This document shows, piece by piece, positions 61,456-64,000 of a stretch of DNA of 64,000 nt. A program made the position numbers and the translations under genes. Position 1 is the first letter of the stretch; every line of letters starts with the position of its first letter. The notes beneath the pieces were generated by a model. That model searched no databases and was not told the DNA's origin. It was given only the letters and a program-made list of their open reading frames with translations. This stretch comes from Coleofasciculus sp. B1-GNL1-01 (GTDB lineage: Bacteria; Cyanobacteriota; Cyanobacteriia; Cyanobacteriales; Coleofasciculaceae), in the NCBI GenBank assembly GCA_040220235.1, contig JAVJTO010000060.1; one strand, written 5' to 3'.

Positions 61456-63603
61456 ATGAGGAATTCTAGAAAGCCTCAATCCAGTCATTTAATGTATCTA
61501 AAATCACTATTGGTGATGTTTGCAGACACCTACAGTTCTGTCGCTGGGCGACAAAAGACCGAAATCCTTTGGGATACCTATGGTGTTCCCCATATTTATG
61601 GTAAGGATGTTCAGAGTCTCTTCCACGCTTTTGGTTGGGCGCAAATGCACAGCCATGGTAACTTGCTCTTGCGCCTCTACGGTCAAGCCCGTGGACGAGC
61701 AGCTGAATACTGGGGAGAAAGCTATGTAGAATCTGACCAGTGGGTGCGAACAATGGGTGTTCCTAGTCGCGCCCAGCAATGGTACGATGCACAAAATCCG
61801 ACGTTTCGCAACTACCTTGATGCCTTTGCTGCTGGGATTAACGCCTATACTCAAAACCATGCTGAGTTAATTGACGATGAGGTTAAGGGGGTGCTGCCTG
61901 TCAAGGGTGTAGATGTGCTGGCTCATGTCCATCGCTTGCTTAATTTCACCTTTATTGCTAAACCCCAGACTCTTGCCAGTTTAAGGGAAGAGTGGGAAAA
62001 CCCTCAGGATACTTCTAAAGAATTCAACAAGCAAAACATCACACCCCAGAAACCATTAGGATCTAACGGTTGGGCGATCGCACCTTCTCGTTCTGCCAGT
62101 GGCAATGCTATGCTGCTAGCCAATCCTCACAACCCTTGGTCGGATTTATTTCTCTGGTATGAAGCTCAGCTCAATGCCCCAGGTGTCGATACCTACGGAG
62201 CAACTTTGGTCGGTATCCCAGTTTTAACGATTGGTTTCAATGATGATTTGGGCTGGACTCACACCGTCAACAAATACAGTGGGTGGGATGCCTACGAGCT
62301 AACCTTAGCTGACGGGGGCTACCACTTTGACGGTAAAAGTCGCGCCTTTGAAACCGAAACACAAACGCTGAACGTTAAGCAGCCTGATGGGACTCTACAG
62401 GAAAAACCTTTGACTGTACAACGTTCTGTCCATGGTCCGGTTATCGCCCAGAAGGATGGTAAAGCCCTTGCCTTACGTGTGGTTGGTCTTGACCAGCCAG
62501 GAGCATTAGAGCAATGGTGGAGGATGGGACTTGCCAAAAATCTAACTGAATTTGAAGCGGCGATCAAGCCTGTGCAAATTCCGATGTTCACGGTGATCTA
62601 TGCGGATCGAGAGGGGCGTATCATGCACCTGTTTAATGGTCAAGTGCCAGTGCGCTCACAGGGCGATTATGCCTACTGGTCAGGCATTATTCCTGGCGAC
62701 ACCTCGACTACCTTGTGGACTCAATTTCACCCCTACGCCGATCTGCCTCGCGTCCTCGATCCCCAAAGCGGTTGGTTACAGAATGCAAACGACCCCCCCT
62801 GGACGACAACGTTTCCAGCACCCCTTAAACCCGATGATTATCCTGCTTACATGGTGCCGCGAGGTCCTATGGAGTTTCGGGCGCAACACTCCGCGAAAAT
62901 GCTCAAGTCAGATGAACGGATTTCCTTTGAGACAATGGTTGAGTACAAACACTCGACCCACGTAGAACTAGCCGAACGTCTGCTGGACGATCTGATTACG
63001 GCGGCACGGCAACACGGTGGAGAGGTAGGGAAAAACGCGGCGGATGTACTGGAAACCTGGGATCGTAAAACAGAATCTGATAGTCGTGGTGCAGTCCTGT
63101 TTGCATTCTGGAATGAAGAAGTCGATTTCTCGAACTTGTTTGCTGTTCCCTGGAATGAGCAAGAGCCATTAACTACACCCAATGGTCTTGCCGATCCAGT
63201 TAGTGCCGTGACAGCCTTGGAAGCCGCTGCTCAAAGGGTTATAGCAACCTATGGAACACTGGACGTACCTTGGGGAGACGTTTTCCGGCTACGCTCTGGT
63301 AATTTAGACTTACCAGCCAATGGAGGTGACGTTGATATTTTTCGCAACCTCTGGTTTAGTCCTTTAGAAGATGGACGTTTTGAAGCCATTGGTGGGGATT
63401 CCTATGTTGCCGCGATCGAGTTTTCTAATCCAGTCCGGGCGATGGCACTCACCAGTTACGGGAATGCCACTCAACCCAACTCACCCCATGTTGGCGATCA
63501 GCTAGAGCTGTTTGCCAAGAAACAGTTGCGACCGATTTGGCGATCGCGCCAGGAAATAGAATCTCATTTGGCTACCCGCCAGGTCTTTACTGATGTGGAA
63601 TAA
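61456..63603 (+). CDS. Penicillin acylase-family Ntn hydrolase (PvdQ-like acylase)
   Basis: ILWDTYGVPHIY, GSNGWAIAPSRS (catalytic Ser), LLANPH, SVHGPV, WLQNAN. Confidence 0.92.
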   Translation: MRNSRKPQSSHLMYLKSLLVMFADTYSSVAGRQKTEILWDTYGVPHIYGKDVQSLFHAFGWAQMHSHGNLLLRLYGQARGRAAEYWGESYVESDQWVRTMGVPSRAQQWYDAQNPTFRNYLDAFAAGINAYTQNHAELIDDEVKGVLPVKGVDVLAHVHRLLNFTFIAKPQTLASLREEWENPQDTSKEFNKQNITPQKPLGSNGWAIAPSRSASGNAMLLANPHNPWSDLFLWYEAQLNAPGVDTYGATLVGIPVLTIGFNDDLGWTHTVNKYSGWDAYELTLADGGYHFDGKSRAFETETQTLNVKQPDGTLQEKPLTVQRSVHGPVIAQKDGKALALRVVGLDQPGALEQWWRMGLAKNLTEFEAAIKPVQIPMFTVIYADREGRIMHLFNGQVPVRSQGDYAYWSGIIPGDTSTTLWTQFHPYADLPRVLDPQSGWLQNANDPPWTTTFPAPLKPDDYPAYMVPRGPMEFRAQHSAKMLKSDERISFETMVEYKHSTHVELAERLLDDLITAARQHGGEVGKNAADVLETWDRKTESDSRGAVLFAFWNEEVDFSNLFAVPWNEQEPLTTPNGLADPVSAVTALEAAAQRVIATYGTLDVPWGDVFRLRSGNLDLPANGGDVDIFRNLWFSPLEDGRFEAIGGDSYVAAIEFSNPVRAMALTSYGNATQPNSPHVGDQLELFAKKQLRPIWRSRQEIESHLATRQVFTDVE

Positions 63604-63655
63604 AACTACATCTGAAGTTCAATGTTTGTTGCAAAATTGAATAGATTTCTAGAAG

Positions 63656-64000
63656 ATGGATTACCTCATTGTCCCTGGAGTTACCTATCCTAAACCCAAT
63701 CCCCAGGCAAACTTACGTTTGTTTTGTTTTCCATACGCTGGAGGTGCTGCTCGGATATTTCGGACGTGGAGTGATAGTCTACCAAAAACGGTGGAGGTTT
63801 GTCCTGTTGAATTACCTGGACGGGGAAAGCAGATACGGTTTGCTCCTTTTACCAGATTACAGCCCCTCGTTCAGGCGATCGCGCAATCCCTGCTTCCCTA
63901 TTTAGACCAACCCTTTGCTTTCTTTGGTCACAGTATGGGAGGATTGATTGCCTTTGAGCTGACTCATTATTTACGTCAACAGTACGGATTAAATCCGGTT
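63656..64000 (+). CDS. Type II thioesterase (GrsT-like), truncated by the window end; missing from the ORF track
   Basis: Manual translation from ATG 63656: RLFCFPYAGG...VELPGRG...FAFFGHSMGG. Confidence 0.9.
   Translation, partial: MDYLIVPGVTYPKPNPQANLRLFCFPYAGGAARIFRTWSDSLPKTVEVCPVELPGRGKQIRFAPFTRLQPLVQAIAQSLLPYLDQPFAFFGHSMGGLIAFELTHYLRQQYGLNPV

Larger units (their letters stand above)
400..64000. other. Hybrid FAAL/NRPS/PKS biosynthetic gene cluster, probably a beta-hydroxyaspartate lipopeptide siderophore; continues beyond the right edge
   Basis: Contiguous co-oriented megasynthase genes, two Asp modules paired with TauD-type hydroxylases, FAAL starter, acylase, MFS, FhuF-like gene and Fur-like boxes. 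Confidence 0.9.

Noticed and set aside
63669..63905. 78-aa ORF
   Set aside because: Out-of-frame overlap with the thioesterase starting at 63656
1..64000. CRISPR arrays, rRNA/tRNA genes, transposases
   Set aside because: No regularly spaced repeats, RNA gene signatures or transposase ORFs seen

Overview
Cyanobacterial DNA, judged from the many HIP1 GCGATCGC octamers, almost entirely filled by one ~63-kb hybrid FAAL/NRPS/PKS cluster with hallmarks of an iron-regulated beta-hydroxyaspartate lipopeptide siderophore (cyanochelin-like logic). The main minus-strand operon (58962 to 400), in order: FAAL-ACP-C-A(Ser)-T; stand-alone TauD; KS-AT-KR*-ACP-E; sulfotransferase; C-A(Gly)-T-C-betaHydroxylase; I-A(Asp)-T-E; stand-alone C (His->Phe); Dab aminotransferase; half-C-A(Dab)-T; KS-AT-KR-ACP; C-A(beta-Ala, interrupted by a PLP decarboxylase)-T; C-A(Lys-like)-T-E-C-betaHydroxylase; I-A(Asp)-T; C-A(Cys-like, interrupted by a methyltransferase)-T-R; class III aminotransferase; two methyltransferases; MbtH. 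Divergent from it, behind Fur-box-like sites, are a frameshifted FhuF-like reductase, an MFS exporter, a PvdQ-like acylase and a type II thioesterase cut by the window edge. The most striking features are (1) a beta-alanine-type A domain with a whole PanP-like aspartate decarboxylase inserted between motifs A5 and A6, (2) a PKS module with an altered KR and a terminal epimerase domain, flanked by a dioxygenase and a sulfotransferase, (3) an S-methyl-Cys/reductase/aminotransferase/methyltransferase tail cassette, (4) duplicated docking pairs that could allow module skipping, and (5) two tiny in-frame insertions at HIP1 sites. Substrate calls come from by-eye alignment to GrsA code positions. 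No searches were run.
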